A DNA stretch of 64,000 bases from a virus, in the IMG/VR virus record IMGVR_UViG_3300045988_079139, positions 68,378 through 132,377 of that record. One strand, written 5' to 3'. Both the position numbers and the translations under genes were made by a program. Positions within the stretch are counted from its first letter, which is position 1; every line of letters starts with the position of its first letter. Positions 1-10,251 of the stretch are shown here, in pieces. The notes beneath the pieces were generated by a model, which worked only from the letters and a program-made list of their open reading frames with translations, was not told where the DNA came from and searched no databases.

Positions 1-2941
1 AATCCTTAGGTGAACTATAAGGTCTATTTGCAATGATTGCCGCAACCACATCATCACCTACGTTCAACATGCCCTTTAGACCGAACAAAATTCTATTGTT
101 TTCAACGTCGGGCGCAAAACCAAACTTAGACTTATTAATGTCAGCCAAGCTAACCTTAATACCGGCAGCCTGGATGTCACCAATCGCCTTTGCAACCTTA
201 CCATAGTCAGTTGCCGCAGTTCTACGAATCTTCGCAGACTTGTCCGGCAAGTCGATAAACTTTACGCCCTCAGCCAAATCTTGTGCTTCTGGAGCATAGA
301 TATCTACAATCTCTTCTTCGCTATTATCTTCCAAAGAACCACTGTTAACAATCAAACAAGCGGTATTCCAATAAATCGGATTGAAATTCATAACGAAATA
401 AATTGACTGAATACCAACAAAGGAGTAGGGCAATGAGTGATTAAGTGAGAACGCATAACCCAACTGAGGAGCAACTGCGTTTTCCCAGAAATAGTTTGCA
501 GATTGAACTCGGTCAAATCTACTATAAACCTGTTCGCGCAGTTCAGGAATCTTGGACATCTGCTTCTTTGCAACGACCTTACGAGCGCCGTTTGCTTCAC
601 CTAGAGTAAATCCAGCAACATCCATCAACAATTCCATCATCTGCTCCTGGAGAGCACAACAACCATAATACTGGTCGCAATGCTTGTGCATCAGAGCTTT
701 CTGTTCGTCAGTGAACAACGCTTTATCCATTTCCGCATCGAATACTCCCAAACCTTGATTTTGAATACGGACGAATCTATCCTGCTGAGACTCTTTATCC
801 TTTTCAGACATAAGTCTCATCATAGCGTTCGCCGCAGTCATCTCCATAGGATTCTGAGGCTTCAGTTTCTTTGCGATTGCAAGACCAACACCAGTTGAGA
901 ACTGGAATACGTCCATTACATCACCAGCCGCTAGGTGGTCCCAAATGCGTTGGTCAGATGTATCAATCACTTCTGGATGGATATACTTATTATACAAATC
1001 TCTTAATGGAAGCTTTTCAATTGCTCCATCTTCAGTTAACAAATCAAAACATTTAATAATCTTATCTGAAATTTCAGTTACAAGGAAGTCATACTTAGTA
1101 TCGCCTGCGGCTTCAGCCTTATGTAGGTCATAACAAGTAATTAAATCTCCACTTGGCGTTCTCATAAAACTTGCAGTTTCAAATGGGTCATCACCATATA
1201 GAATGACACCAGATGCGTGAGAAGAACGCTTATTAACCAATCCTTCGATGGACATAATAATATCCAACAAACCAGGATAGTTATTTACTTCACGAATGAA
1301 TGGAGCAACCGGTCTACGGTCTTTCTCATCATTACCATATACAACGTCATTAATGCTCCACAAGAATCCACGCTCTTGGGGGACAAGAGAGCTCATGTAC
1401 TGGGCAAGGTCGACGTCGATTCCATCTGGGAAATCCTCGCTTCGATAACCTCGACAAGCCGTAAGAATTGCTGACTTCGTGCCCTCCGTTCCAAAAGTGG
1501 CAACCTGGATGAGTCCGAGTTCTCCTCGTTCTTTGCGAATTGCATCAAAAATTGCAGGTCGCTTCGATGGAGCGAGGTCAATGTCGATGTCGGGCAGCTC
1601 GGCTCTTTCCTTATTAAGGAAACGCCAGTAAGGTAGATTCCATCGAATTGGGTCGAGCTGGGTGATTCCAAGGAGGTAATTAGAAAGGAAGCCTGTTGCT
1701 GAACCTCGTCCAGGTCCAACAATTGAGCCACATTCCCAGAACAAATCGATGTAGTGTTTGAAGGTGTTAAAATAGGCGAATAGACAGTCATCAAGTTTCT
1801 CTCCAATATATTTAATTACATCAGCTTCAGTTTCTAAGCGGTCTAAATATTCGCCACTCCACAAACCCTTTTCCTGTAATTCATTTAGACATTCATTTAC
1901 CCAATATCTCTCTTGAATTTCATCAGAATAACACAGAGCTTTTAGTAACGGATATCTAGCATTCCCCTCGGAGAACCAGCCGCAAGTCTGAGGATAATCA
2001 GGAACTGCGACCTTAGGAACTATTTGTTTACGCTCCAAGGAGTAGTCAGTAAACTTTTCTTTTAATTTGTCAGAATTGTGAAGAATTTGAGTTGCAATCA
2101 TTCCATCGCCAAAACATTTCTTCAACAACTCATATACTTCATTATATGTCATAAGATGAGCAAACTCGTAGAAGCTATCAACCTCACGCTCACCACCCTT
2201 AGAGTTCAAATAAGATTTATGAACAAATCTATCTGCTTTAGTTAGATAGTGAGAGTCAGTACCAACAATAATGGGAATATCATATGCCATAGCAATACGA
2301 TATAGTTTACGATTGGTTACACACTGGTCTTCTGCGGTTGAAGGCGCACATTCGATATAGAAGTCGTCTCCAAATACATCTTTACAATAAGTGATGAAAT
2401 CACAAATTTGGTCATAAAATACTTTTGCGGAATTCATATCTCCAACATTTTCCGCACACGCCATATTATAAGCAGCGGTAGATAATTCGCCACCCATACA
2501 CGCAGTTGACGCAACTACATGTCCTTTATACTTGGACATAATTTTTCTTAGTTCCTCTTTGGTAATCGGAACACGTTCCATACCACGGTCAACATAAGAG
2601 TTATACCAAGCAATAGAACTCAATTCACGAAGTGCTTTATGTCCCAAAGCATCTTTAGCCGCTAAGATAAAGTGATAATATTTAATACCATTTTCTCGTT
2701 TATCTACTAAATAAACCTCATTGCCAAGAACGATAACGAAGTCAGGATTCTTCTTCTTAATCTCCTTTGCATATTGATTCACTTCCATATGCGCACTAAG
2801 GCACTCATGGTCAGTAATCGCAATGCCAGACAGACCTAACTCAATCGCTTTGTCAATGAGGTCTTTTGGTCTATTGATACAATCGAGCAAACGGATATTC
2901 GAATACATCGTATGATTATGTATATTAAAATATGTTCCCAT
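1..2941 (-). CDS. dnaE: DNA polymerase III alpha subunit (DnaE-like), N-terminal ~980 aa; C-terminus lies beyond the left edge
   Basis: ATG at 2941-2939 (rc) opens a frame with no stop down to position 1. It is absent from the ORF track because no stop falls inside the window. Hand translation gives a PHP-domain N-terminus (MGTYFNIHNHTMYSNIRLLDC...ITDHECL) and later the DnaE-type motifs GPGRGSATGFLSNYLLGITQLDP and ...PDIDIDLAP. Confidence 0.8.
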   Translation of the reverse strand, partial: MGTYFNIHNHTMYSNIRLLDCINRPKDLIDKAIELGLSGIAITDHECLSAHMEVNQYAKEIKKKNPDFVIVLGNEVYLVDKRENGIKYYHFILAAKDALGHKALRELSSIAWYNSYVDRGMERVPITKEELRKIMSKYKGHVVASTACMGGELSTAAYNMACAENVGDMNSAKVFYDQICDFITYCKDVFGDDFYIECAPSTAEDQCVTNRKLYRIAMAYDIPIIVGTDSHYLTKADRFVHKSYLNSKGGEREVDSFYEFAHLMTYNEVYELLKKCFGDGMIATQILHNSDKLKEKFTDYSLERKQIVPKVAVPDYPQTCGWFSEGNARYPLLKALCYSDEIQERYWVNECLNELQEKGLWSGEYLDRLETEADVIKYIGEKLDDCLFAYFNTFKHYIDLFWECGSIVGPGRGSATGFLSNYLLGITQLDPIRWNLPYWRFLNKERAELPDIDIDLAPSKRPAIFDAIRKERGELGLIQVATFGTEGTKSAILTACRGYRSEDFPDGIDVDLAQYMSSLVPQERGFLWSINDVVYGNDEKDRRPVAPFIREVNNYPGLLDIIMSIEGLVNKRSSHASGVILYGDDPFETASFMRTPSGDLITCYDLHKAEAAGDTKYDFLVTEISDKIIKCFDLLTEDGAIEKLPLRDLYNKYIHPEVIDTSDQRIWDHLAAGDVMDVFQFSTGVGLAIAKKLKPQNPMEMTAANAMMRLMSEKDKESQQDRFVRIQNQGLGVFDAEMDKALFTDEQKALMHKHCDQYYGCCALQEQMMELLMDVAGFTLGEANGARKVVAKKQMSKIPELREQVYSRFDRVQSANYFWENAVAPQLGYAFSLNHSLPYSFVGIQSIYFVMNFNPIYWNTACLIVNSGSLEDNSEEEIVDIYAPEAQDLAEGVKFIDLPDKSAKIRRTAATDYGKVAKAIGDIQAAGIKVSLADINKSKFGFAPDVENNRILFGLKGMLNVGDDVVAAIIANRPYSSPKD

Positions 2942-2973
2942 ATGAATATCCTTTCACTATTTATTCTATAATA

Positions 2974-3002
2974 ATTATATCAAATTTTTTAATAAAAGTC
3001 AA
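2974..3002 (-). promoter_or_regulatory. sigma-A-like promoter TTGACT-N17-TATAAT
   Basis: Forward attata at 2974-2979 and agtcaa at 2997-3002, upstream of the dnaE start at 2941. Confidence 0.55.
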
Positions 3003-3622
3003 TTTACTTCTAAGTGACAATGCTTTTGACTATTAATTAAATCCAAAATTGTATAAAATAATGGATGATACATAGAAGGAGTCCACTCAGGAGACAAACA
3101 TAAAAATAATTTGTCCATATAAGGCAATTCTTCTAGTCTTGTTTCTTGATAGAGTTTAACTTTTGTGCGCGGATCATTTTCCCAGTGTGGAGGTAATGAT
3201 CCAGAATTAGTATTATTTAACCAAGTAAATTGTGTAATAATATTTTTGTTTAAATAATACTCACCCCAATTTGAGCAAGAGCATTCATCTTCTGCTGTTT
3301 CATCTTGTACATATCCTAAATCATGATGATGGTCTATTGAAAAAATATGTACATCTACCATATCATTAAGCATATATTTAATATCTTCATGATTCATAGA
3401 GATACGGATATCTTTAATTTGTAAATTTTGAGTTACTTGCAAAATATAGGACACCATTCTTTGATAGTGTTGCAAATCAGCTCTACATCCTGCAAGAATA
3501 GGATTTTCTTTGATGCGCTGTTCAATAGAACGACTACCATCTTCAGAAGTGCCCACCATAGAATTATATAAATTAATATCTGGTGCCATTATAATATCAA
3601 AATCAACACTCAATACATTCAT
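2999..3622 (-). CDS. hypothetical protein with a DHHHD metal-binding-like motif (possible deacetylase/arginase-fold)
   Basis: 207-aa ORF with the motif IFSIDHHHDLGY, tightly packed between neighbours. Function is not established. Confidence 0.45.
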   Translation of the reverse strand: MNVLSVDFDIIMAPDINLYNSMVGTSEDGSRSIEQRIKENPILAGCRADLQHYQRMVSYILQVTQNLQIKDIRISMNHEDIKYMLNDMVDVHIFSIDHHHDLGYVQDETAEDECSCSNWGEYYLNKNIITQFTWLNNTNSGSLPPHWENDPRTKVKLYQETRLEELPYMDKLFLCLSPEWTPSMYHPLFYTILDLINSQKHCHLEVN

Positions 3623-3623
3623 A

Positions 3624-4841
3624 TTATACTCCTTGTGTTAAAATAGTTTCTTCATTAACAACCCATACAAGCTTTTCACTAGCTCGAGTTGCTGCAGTAT
3701 ATGCCCAACGAGCGTGTTCGGTTTTATCAAAAGGGAACTTCTCTTCATAAACCATTACTTTACCCCACTCAGAACCCTGTGCTTTATGACAGGTAATACC
3801 ATAAGCATAGGCGAATTCAAATGGAGGGTCGGGACACTTGGGATTTTTACGCATCTGGAATTCTTGCTTACCAGTTAAGAATTTCTCACCAGTAGTCAAA
3901 GAAGTGTAATCAACGGGAATATAGTGGAATACATCACCATTCTCGTCAATCATATTTGTATATAAAATAGGAATTTTCTTTTCACTAATCCAAAATGGAA
4001 CTGTCATATTATATAAATCTGTGTTCTGAATGACTCCAATAGTACCATTAGTTAATGGGGCTGGATCAGTCTGACTCATAGAGAAAAATTCCCATTGATT
4101 TCTCAAACTAATAATCTTGTCACCAGTTGCGGGTTCGGGTCCAAACCCCTTAATCTGGCGCATATTCATGTTGATAGCATTTCTCTTTGCATTAGTAGCG
4201 CATAGAATCTGGTCAGCCCAATCATACATTCCAGTTACAATCTGACTAGGTTTAACAAACATAACTTGTTGACCGGTCGCAGGGAATTCATTGATAGGTT
4301 TACCTTCACGAATCCACATAGAGAAACGAATAATTTCACTATCATAAGCCTGTCGCATAATCTCGTCTAAGAAAATATGTGGATTGTCAAGCACATGATT
4401 ATCGCTATCTTTGTCGATTGGTGGTAGCTGGAATGGGTCGCCGCACGCAATAACGTGAATGCGATGTGACAACAATCTCAACCACATTTCTTTTGGAAGC
4501 ATAGAAACCTCATCGACAATAATAACTTCCAAGCCTTCATCCAGCATTGGCTTAGGCTCAAATTTAAAAGTGCCATTAGGCATAGGCTTTGCTTTATAAA
4601 GCAATTTATGAGCAGTATAAGGATTAGGACAACCCTTCTGCTTTAAAACTTGTGCGGCCTTGCCAGTATATGCAACATAGCAAACCTGCTCAGGCTCAAG
4701 ACCTAAGGCCGCAATAATAAACTTAATAAGTGTGGACTTACCTGTTCCCGCATAACCAGAGATACAAGTGTAGGATTCGTGTGCCTTATATCGAGCGACC
4801 GCAATCTTCAGTCCTTCTTCTTGTTTAGCTGTTAAAATCAT
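3624..4841 (-). CDS. SF1 DNA helicase, Dda/RecD-like
   Basis: Walker A GYAGTGKST, DExx-type IIVDEVSML, and C-terminal YGITCHKAQGSEW (motif VI). Confidence 0.85.
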   Translation of the reverse strand: MILTAKQEEGLKIAVARYKAHESYTCISGYAGTGKSTLIKFIIAALGLEPEQVCYVAYTGKAAQVLKQKGCPNPYTAHKLLYKAKPMPNGTFKFEPKPMLDEGLEVIIVDEVSMLPKEMWLRLLSHRIHVIACGDPFQLPPIDKDSDNHVLDNPHIFLDEIMRQAYDSEIIRFSMWIREGKPINEFPATGQQVMFVKPSQIVTGMYDWADQILCATNAKRNAINMNMRQIKGFGPEPATGDKIISLRNQWEFFSMSQTDPAPLTNGTIGVIQNTDLYNMTVPFWISEKKIPILYTNMIDENGDVFHYIPVDYTSLTTGEKFLTGKQEFQMRKNPKCPDPPFEFAYAYGITCHKAQGSEWGKVMVYEEKFPFDKTEHARWAYTAATRASEKLVWVVNEETILTQGV

Positions 4842-5125
4842 ATATCTTCCTCCTGGTCGTGTGCATGAAGCAACTGCTCAAGGGCATTATAGAAATGCAT
4901 CTTTCGATGACTCAATTGCTTACGAGCTTGCACAGGGTCAATTCTTTCAACAATTGCTTTATATGCTGCCAGTTCGTCTAAAGCTTCGGCATATCTAAAG
5001 TAGATACTATCGAAACCAAAATCAAGTCTATCTTTACACAGAGCATCAAAATCATCACGACTTACTGTTACAACATCCAATTTTTCTTTCATTTTCTTTG
5101 CATAGTCAGTCATTATAATTTTCAT
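4838..5125 (-). CDS. hypothetical protein
   Basis: 95-aa ORF with a TTGACT-N17-TATAAT promoter immediately upstream (5138-5166). Confidence 0.5.
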   Translation of the reverse strand: MKIIMTDYAKKMKEKLDVVTVSRDDFDALCKDRLDFGFDSIYFRYAEALDELAAYKAIVERIDPVQARKQLSHRKMHFYNALEQLLHAHDQEEDI

Positions 5126-5137
5126 CCTTTTATTTTT

Positions 5138-5166
5138 ATTATACTAATTTTTATATTAAAAGTCAA
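5138..5166 (-). promoter_or_regulatory. sigma-A-like promoter TTGACT-N17-TATAAT
   Basis: Forward attata 5138-5143, agtcaa 5161-5166. Confidence 0.55.
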
Positions 5167-5509
5167 CAGTAAAATCCCATACAGGTCGTTGATGTTTATA
5201 TTCCTCAGAATCAAGGTCGACAAATCCAGGTAAAAATGGATTTACCTCAATTTGAGAAAAAATTTCTAAATCACCTTTTTGATTTGGGTTTTCGGTCTTC
5301 GCGTCCATGGCCGACCGGAGGTCATTAATTTCCATTTCCAACACGGCTGTGCGGTTATCAAGTCCACTTTGAATATTTTCAGTTTCATATCTTAGGTCAT
5401 GTAAATCATCTTTAATAGCAGTGATTTCGTCACTATGATATTCAAGCCGAGACAAAGCCTCATTTAATCGAGCAATCGTATTAACCAACTCATAAGCGGT
5501 TATCCCCAT
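5156..5509 (-). CDS. hypothetical coiled-coil protein
   Basis: 117-aa ORF with heptad-like acidic sequence. Confidence 0.45.
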   Translation of the reverse strand: MGITAYELVNTIARLNEALSRLEYHSDEITAIKDDLHDLRYETENIQSGLDNRTAVLEMEINDLRSAMDAKTENPNQKGDLEIFSQIEVNPFLPGFVDLDSEEYKHQRPVWDFTVDF

Positions 5510-5651
5510 AGACTACATAGCATGACCGAGGTCTTGTAGTTGACTTGAAAATTGCTATGCTGATGAGCCAGGTAAATCATACTTTATACCGTTGACTACA
5601 ATAGAGTTAAGAAATGCCATTTTGAATTCTCCTATAAATAAAAATAAAGGT

Positions 5652-5683
5652 TATATGAGGAAATTAAAATTCCTCATATAACC
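5652..5683 (-). terminator. intrinsic terminator hairpin
   Basis: ttatatgaggaa / ttcctcatataa inverted repeat after the lysozyme-like gene, with a flanking T-rich run on the minus strand. Confidence 0.5.
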
Positions 5684-5691
5684 CTAGAATT

Positions 5692-6561
5692 TTAATTCGT
5701 AAAATAGTTATATGCTTTTTCAGCCAAACCTCTGCGATAGTTCTGACTGCCACCTGGACGTTCATAAATTACACAAAAAGCAATGGCTGCGTCGCCGCAA
5801 TCATCCATAACTTTAAATTGTTCATGTTTCATGCCGCTCTGATATAAATATCCATATCGGTCAATAACTTTTGGAAAAGAAACTGCCATAAAGGCTAATT
5901 GCTCTTCCAAACTTGCGCCCTGCATTTCTGGATAATATTTAGAAGACCACTGGCATAAACCATAATGATTTGAGGCATTATATAAATCCCATTGTAAATT
6001 CAGTGTATGTCCTCCGCATTCTGCCATCATATTACCAATTATACCTGCGCAAACAGCATCGCTATATCCTAATTCTTCTTTTAAGAAAAGCCATACTTGT
6101 GTAGCGACCGGATATTCCGATGCGCGTACTTCCCACTTGTGAATCTCTTCCCACTCAGCCTGCTTCTCTTGATAATAAGCAACATCAGCAGTTCTGTTTT
6201 CCAGCTCTGTGTATGCCATTACAATAGCTGGGTGGTCAGGCTCATAACCAAGCTCAATTAGTCCATCAAGAACCATTTGAGCAGTCTCTTGGCGCTTCGT
6301 AGCCTCATCCAAAAGACTATTGGCCTCATCATATGTAGTAGGTTCGACACGCTCGACCACTACGGTATCTAATATAATAACTACTTCTTCTGGCTCAGTA
6401 GGCTCAGGAAAGGTAGTTTCAGAAGGGATGTCAGCTTCCGAAAAAGTAGCAACTGGTTCTGTTGGGGTGTAATTAGCTGAAGCAGAGATAGTAATTGCTG
6501 CAGCAGTAATTAATACTAATGTAATAATTAGCATAACCCAACACAAAATATTTTTCTTCAT
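5692..6561 (-). CDS. membrane-anchored lysozyme-like peptidoglycan hydrolase (phage tail lysozyme-type domain)
   Basis: N-terminal TM helix, Pro/Thr/Glu-rich linker, and a C-terminal GIIGNMMAECGG...YGLCQWS motif. The motif resembles the lysozyme-like domain in the 864-aa hydrolase (YGVAGLMGNLYAESGL...YGLAQWT). Confidence 0.6.
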   Translation of the reverse strand: MKKNILCWVMLIITLVLITAAAITISASANYTPTEPVATFSEADIPSETTFPEPTEPEEVVIILDTVVVERVEPTTYDEANSLLDEATKRQETAQMVLDGLIELGYEPDHPAIVMAYTELENRTADVAYYQEKQAEWEEIHKWEVRASEYPVATQVWLFLKEELGYSDAVCAGIIGNMMAECGGHTLNLQWDLYNASNHYGLCQWSSKYYPEMQGASLEEQLAFMAVSFPKVIDRYGYLYQSGMKHEQFKVMDDCGDAAIAFCVIYERPGGSQNYRRGLAEKAYNYFTN

Positions 6562-6598
6562 AATTTCCTCCTAATATTTCTATCAGGCCGTCATTATT

Positions 6599-8344
6599 TT
6601 AGAAATAGTATTTCTGTTCTCCTACAATTTCGTAATCTTCGATTATAATTTGGGGTGTTACCGTTCCATTCCAAACATTGCGTTCGCATTTGCCCACAAC
6701 GTTGATAGTAATGCATCCGGTTTCGGAGCGTAGTTTTTCATACTCTTCCTGTGACGACTTGAATTTGATTAAACTCGTGCCATTTGGCAAGGTTATCTTC
6801 AGAGTCGGACTCTTATCGGGTGACATTAGAACTACATTACCTGCATATACATTAATGTGCTCAATTGCCACGAAAGGTTCATCGACTCCTTGGCCCCACA
6901 AAGATTTTAACTCAGCAATTTCAACAATATCTTTACCACGGAAATCTCCGCCGTTGAAAATAAAGTCAACCTTATAACATGGGGTAAAGTCAAATCCTGC
7001 TAGTTCTCGATTAGAGTATTCAATAAAGGTTTTGAACCATTCATCTGTGATGCCAACACCCAGGGCATTTGCGTGTCCTTCAGCATACATCACTAGTCCA
7101 CTTTCTTTCAAGAATTCTCTGAGGTTATCAAATCTGGATTTATCGTATCCTCTTCCTGAACCCTCCCAGCCATCAGCCGTTTTATTCAACAGAAGGACTG
7201 GTCGTTGATATTTCGCCATTAGTTGGTTTGCAATCAAACCAGTAAGGTTTCTATCGGCCGCAAAAGTATCCAGTTTAATAGCCAAAATCTTGTTTTCTAA
7301 CAGATTTTTCTCTTTGATTATGCGTTCAATGTTCTCCAAGGCTGCGTCTCTTGCTTTTGTCTGTCTATTTTTGATGTTTGTGCAATTACGACAAGCCTGC
7401 TCTACTCTCGTCTCTGATTGACCCTTACATCCTCTTTTGGTTGATGGGACTAGTTCATATCCCCGATAGTCAAGCATAGATTCGAATAGCATGAGCTTTT
7501 CTTCTTGCGTTCCCATTCTAATAGTGGCATTTACATAGGGAGCAATATAGAAAGCTACTCCAATCGGTGTGATTTCACCTTTTAGTGAGTAAGACTGTTT
7601 GTCTACCATACCTTTGAAGTAAGGATTGCGAATATTCTCAAGACCGCGTGTAATCAAATGTCTCGTTTCAAAATCTCGCAAATCCATCATGTCGGCCACC
7701 ATTCCCAGTGCGACCAAATCCAAATAATCGTCTGCGTAATCAACATTGAGAAGTTCATCCATATAAGAACAGAACTTATATACCATTCCAACTCCAGACA
7801 AAGACTTGGTTGGATAATCACAAAGTTGATTGTTAATAATCACAGCATTTTCGGAAATTTTATCTGCTTCATGGTGGTCAATTACCAACACATCTACCCC
7901 TTTGGACTTCAGCTGAAGATGTTCCTCATAGTCATTAGAGCTAGAGTCTGGTGCAATAACCAGTTTCACATCGTCAGGGATGGTTTCCAAAAGAATTCCG
8001 TGTTGTTTCCCCGTATGGATACGATAATATACGTTAGATTGCACAAAGCCGGGGAAAAGACGATTTAAATAGTTGATAAGTGCGGCGGCTGAAGTGTAAC
8101 CATCACAGTCGCTATCAATCTAAACTAGAACTTTGTCTCCTTGTGCAATATGTTTGATGAGGACTTTAACGCCCTCTTCGACATTCATAATTAGTTTTGG
8201 ATTTAGAATGTCTTCATCGGTTGTGTTTAAATAGTGTTCTACATTTTCGGGGTCAATGCCTCGATTAAAAAGCACCTGTTCGACCGCGCTTAATTCTCTA
8301 GGCGGGATGCGAGATGCAAAAAGTTGATATTCCATAGAATTCAA
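6599..8344 (-). CDS. recJ: RecJ-like DHH/DHHA1 single-strand DNA exonuclease with an in-frame TAG codon at 8120-8122
   Basis: ORFs 8120..8344 and 6599..8044 share one frame. Together they read ...VEQVLFNRGIDPENVEHYL...GDKVLV-TAG-IDSDCDGYTSAALINYL..., the canonical RecJ N-region and DHH motif I (D-x-D-x-D-G). A DHHA1-like GHANALG lies later. TAG must be decoded as sense for an intact enzyme. Confidence 0.75.
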
Positions 8345-8399
8345 CCTCCTTTCATGTAGACCACCAACTAATTATTTGAAAAATGTTTCAAATCGATTA

Positions 8400-8714
8400 T
8401 CACTCCTTGGCATTGTAAAATTCATAATACCGAGGACTATTCCATACACACAATGTTGGCAATACAACTACACGAAAGAATTCTTCATCAATTCTTGAAT
8501 CAACCCAAGCGATATTTGCTCTCATACCACGACTACTTTCAGAAGCGCTGGCAACACTCCATTTATCGCCATTATCAAATTCAATCCAAGAATTTGACCT
8601 GCTATATACTTCTCTAACGACATTAACGCCAGACCATATATATCTATCTCGAATATATTGTAATTTTTCGATACCATCATTCATTCGGTCACAAGACCAT
8701 ATGACACCTCTCAT
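8400..8714 (-). CDS. hypothetical protein
   Basis: 104-aa ORF. Confidence 0.45.
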   Translation of the reverse strand: MRGVIWSCDRMNDGIEKLQYIRDRYIWSGVNVVREVYSRSNSWIEFDNGDKWSVASASESSRGMRANIAWVDSRIDEEFFRVVVLPTLCVWNSPRYYEFYNAKE

Positions 8715-9814
8715 AGAACAATCCTCTCTTTAAATAACTGTAAAAATGTGTCGGGGCCGCAGTCAATAGGACTGTCTTTATATCCAGTAATCATATTCTT
8801 GTCGAAAATAAATGAAATCAAAACAAAATTCTTATACTTATCTCTTAATCTCATTAAGTTAGTTTTTAAATGTTTAAACTCTTCATCGCCAATTTCTTGA
8901 AACTGTCTATCGAATGCGACAATAATTTCCTCTGCTCCGGCTTCCAGTAGCATTTGTATCTGGTAATTCGATACACTTGAGCCGCAGCACGCAACTGAAA
9001 TATCATTTTCTAAACCAAAATATGACTGATATAACAGACAAGATTTTTCGCCTTCAAAAATAATCGCTTTCTTCATCAGTTTGATTTTATCTTTGCTATT
9101 ATTGAAGTTGTATAAATTCATTCCAAGAGGATGGTTATACATTTCACGATTAACTCTCATAGGTCTATACTTGCCGAATCGCTCGCCCTCTTCCGCACAC
9201 AATGTTCGTCCACGCAAACCTATGAATCGACCATCTTTGTCAAAATGCGGAATTGTGATTTGGTCGCCTCCTGGATAATAACCAATTCTTGCTTGGTCAA
9301 GTGCGGCTTGGGTAATACCTTCCCGCAACCAGGGACCTATCTTCACTGAATAGTTGAAGCGTTCCAATATATCATTTTCATATTCTTTCAAGACGATTGA
9401 ATTGGTCTTCACCGTAATATCTTGAATTCGCTCGTAGTTAGCTAGGTATTTCCAATCGTCTAATGCTTCATCTTCTGGACGATTTTCATGGTCGCCAGAA
9501 AATCCAAATCTTTGAGCAATCCACCTAACTGCGTCATTTAGGTCGAACTCTTTATCCCATTGGATTTTAGCGACCTTAGTAGTTAGTTCGAAAATATCAA
9601 AGTAGCTATCACAGCCTGTATAACAACGGAACAAACCAGTGTTTTCATAATAATACAACTTACGACTGCCTTCTCCGGGAGGATTGTGGCAAATAGTGGT
9701 GGAGGTGAACCCGAATACCTCTCTACCCGGGTCACCACCCCACTCGTGTAACAAGTCGTATATATTTTCGTCTGTAAGAGCTTCTCTGATTTTCAGTTTG
9801 TCAAATACTAACAT
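8711..9814 (-). CDS. DNA primase (DnaG-like zinc-binding + TOPRIM)
   Basis: CHC2-like zinc motif ICHNPPGE...FRCYTGCDSYFDIFEL; TOPRIM-like IIFEGEKSC and VAFDRQF. Confidence 0.7.
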   Translation of the reverse strand: MLVFDKLKIREALTDENIYDLLHEWGGDPGREVFGFTSTTICHNPPGEGSRKLYYYENTGLFRCYTGCDSYFDIFELTTKVAKIQWDKEFDLNDAVRWIAQRFGFSGDHENRPEDEALDDWKYLANYERIQDITVKTNSIVLKEYENDILERFNYSVKIGPWLREGITQAALDQARIGYYPGGDQITIPHFDKDGRFIGLRGRTLCAEEGERFGKYRPMRVNREMYNHPLGMNLYNFNNSKDKIKLMKKAIIFEGEKSCLLYQSYFGLENDISVACCGSSVSNYQIQMLLEAGAEEIIVAFDRQFQEIGDEEFKHLKTNLMRLRDKYKNFVLISFIFDKNMITGYKDSPIDCGPDTFLQLFKERIVL

Positions 9815-10251
9815 TAGTTCACGTCAACGAGAACTCTGACGCAGAATCCCTTCAAACCGCACTCGCGGTTAACATAGTCACAGAGAATTTCCTGTGCGGG
9901 CTTAGGCAGCTTACCATTCTTACCCTTGGCATCCTTGAGGATTTCCTCAGCCATAATCTTGCCCATCTTGTACTCAATAGTGCCAGCACAAACTTCGGGA
10001 GCGGGAATGGTTTCACGCTTTTTGTTGAAGTTGTTGTCCATACGAGGAACATTGTTGTTGGGCTTGCGATTATTGTTTCTCTTGCCGCTGTTGTTATTCT
10101 TCTTCACAAAATCTGCCATAGTATTTATCTCCTTTTTATTTACAATTCCAAAATCGGAATCTTCTAACAAATTTAATTTTCTTCTTGAGCCTCGCTCAAT
10201 CTTCACACTCGAAAGCTGACTCGTCATCGATTCTAATACGAACATCATCAA
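9814..10251 (-). CDS. hypothetical basic Asn/Lys-rich protein (true start probably the internal MADFVKKN)
   Basis: ORF with a low-complexity basic stretch; overlaps the end of the DnaB-like gene. Confidence 0.4.
   Translation of the reverse strand: MMMFVLESMTSQLSSVKIERGSRRKLNLLEDSDFGIVNKKEINTMADFVKKNNNSGKRNNNRKPNNNVPRMDNNFNKKRETIPAPEVCAGTIEYKMGKIMAEEILKDAKGKNGKLPKPAQEILCDYVNRECGLKGFCVRVLVDVN

Noticed and set aside
1393-1806. 137-aa minus-strand ORF, plus the small plus-strand ORFs in 388-1474.
   Set aside because: Lie in alternate frames inside the DnaE-like gene, whose correct frame is open across the whole 1-2941 interval.
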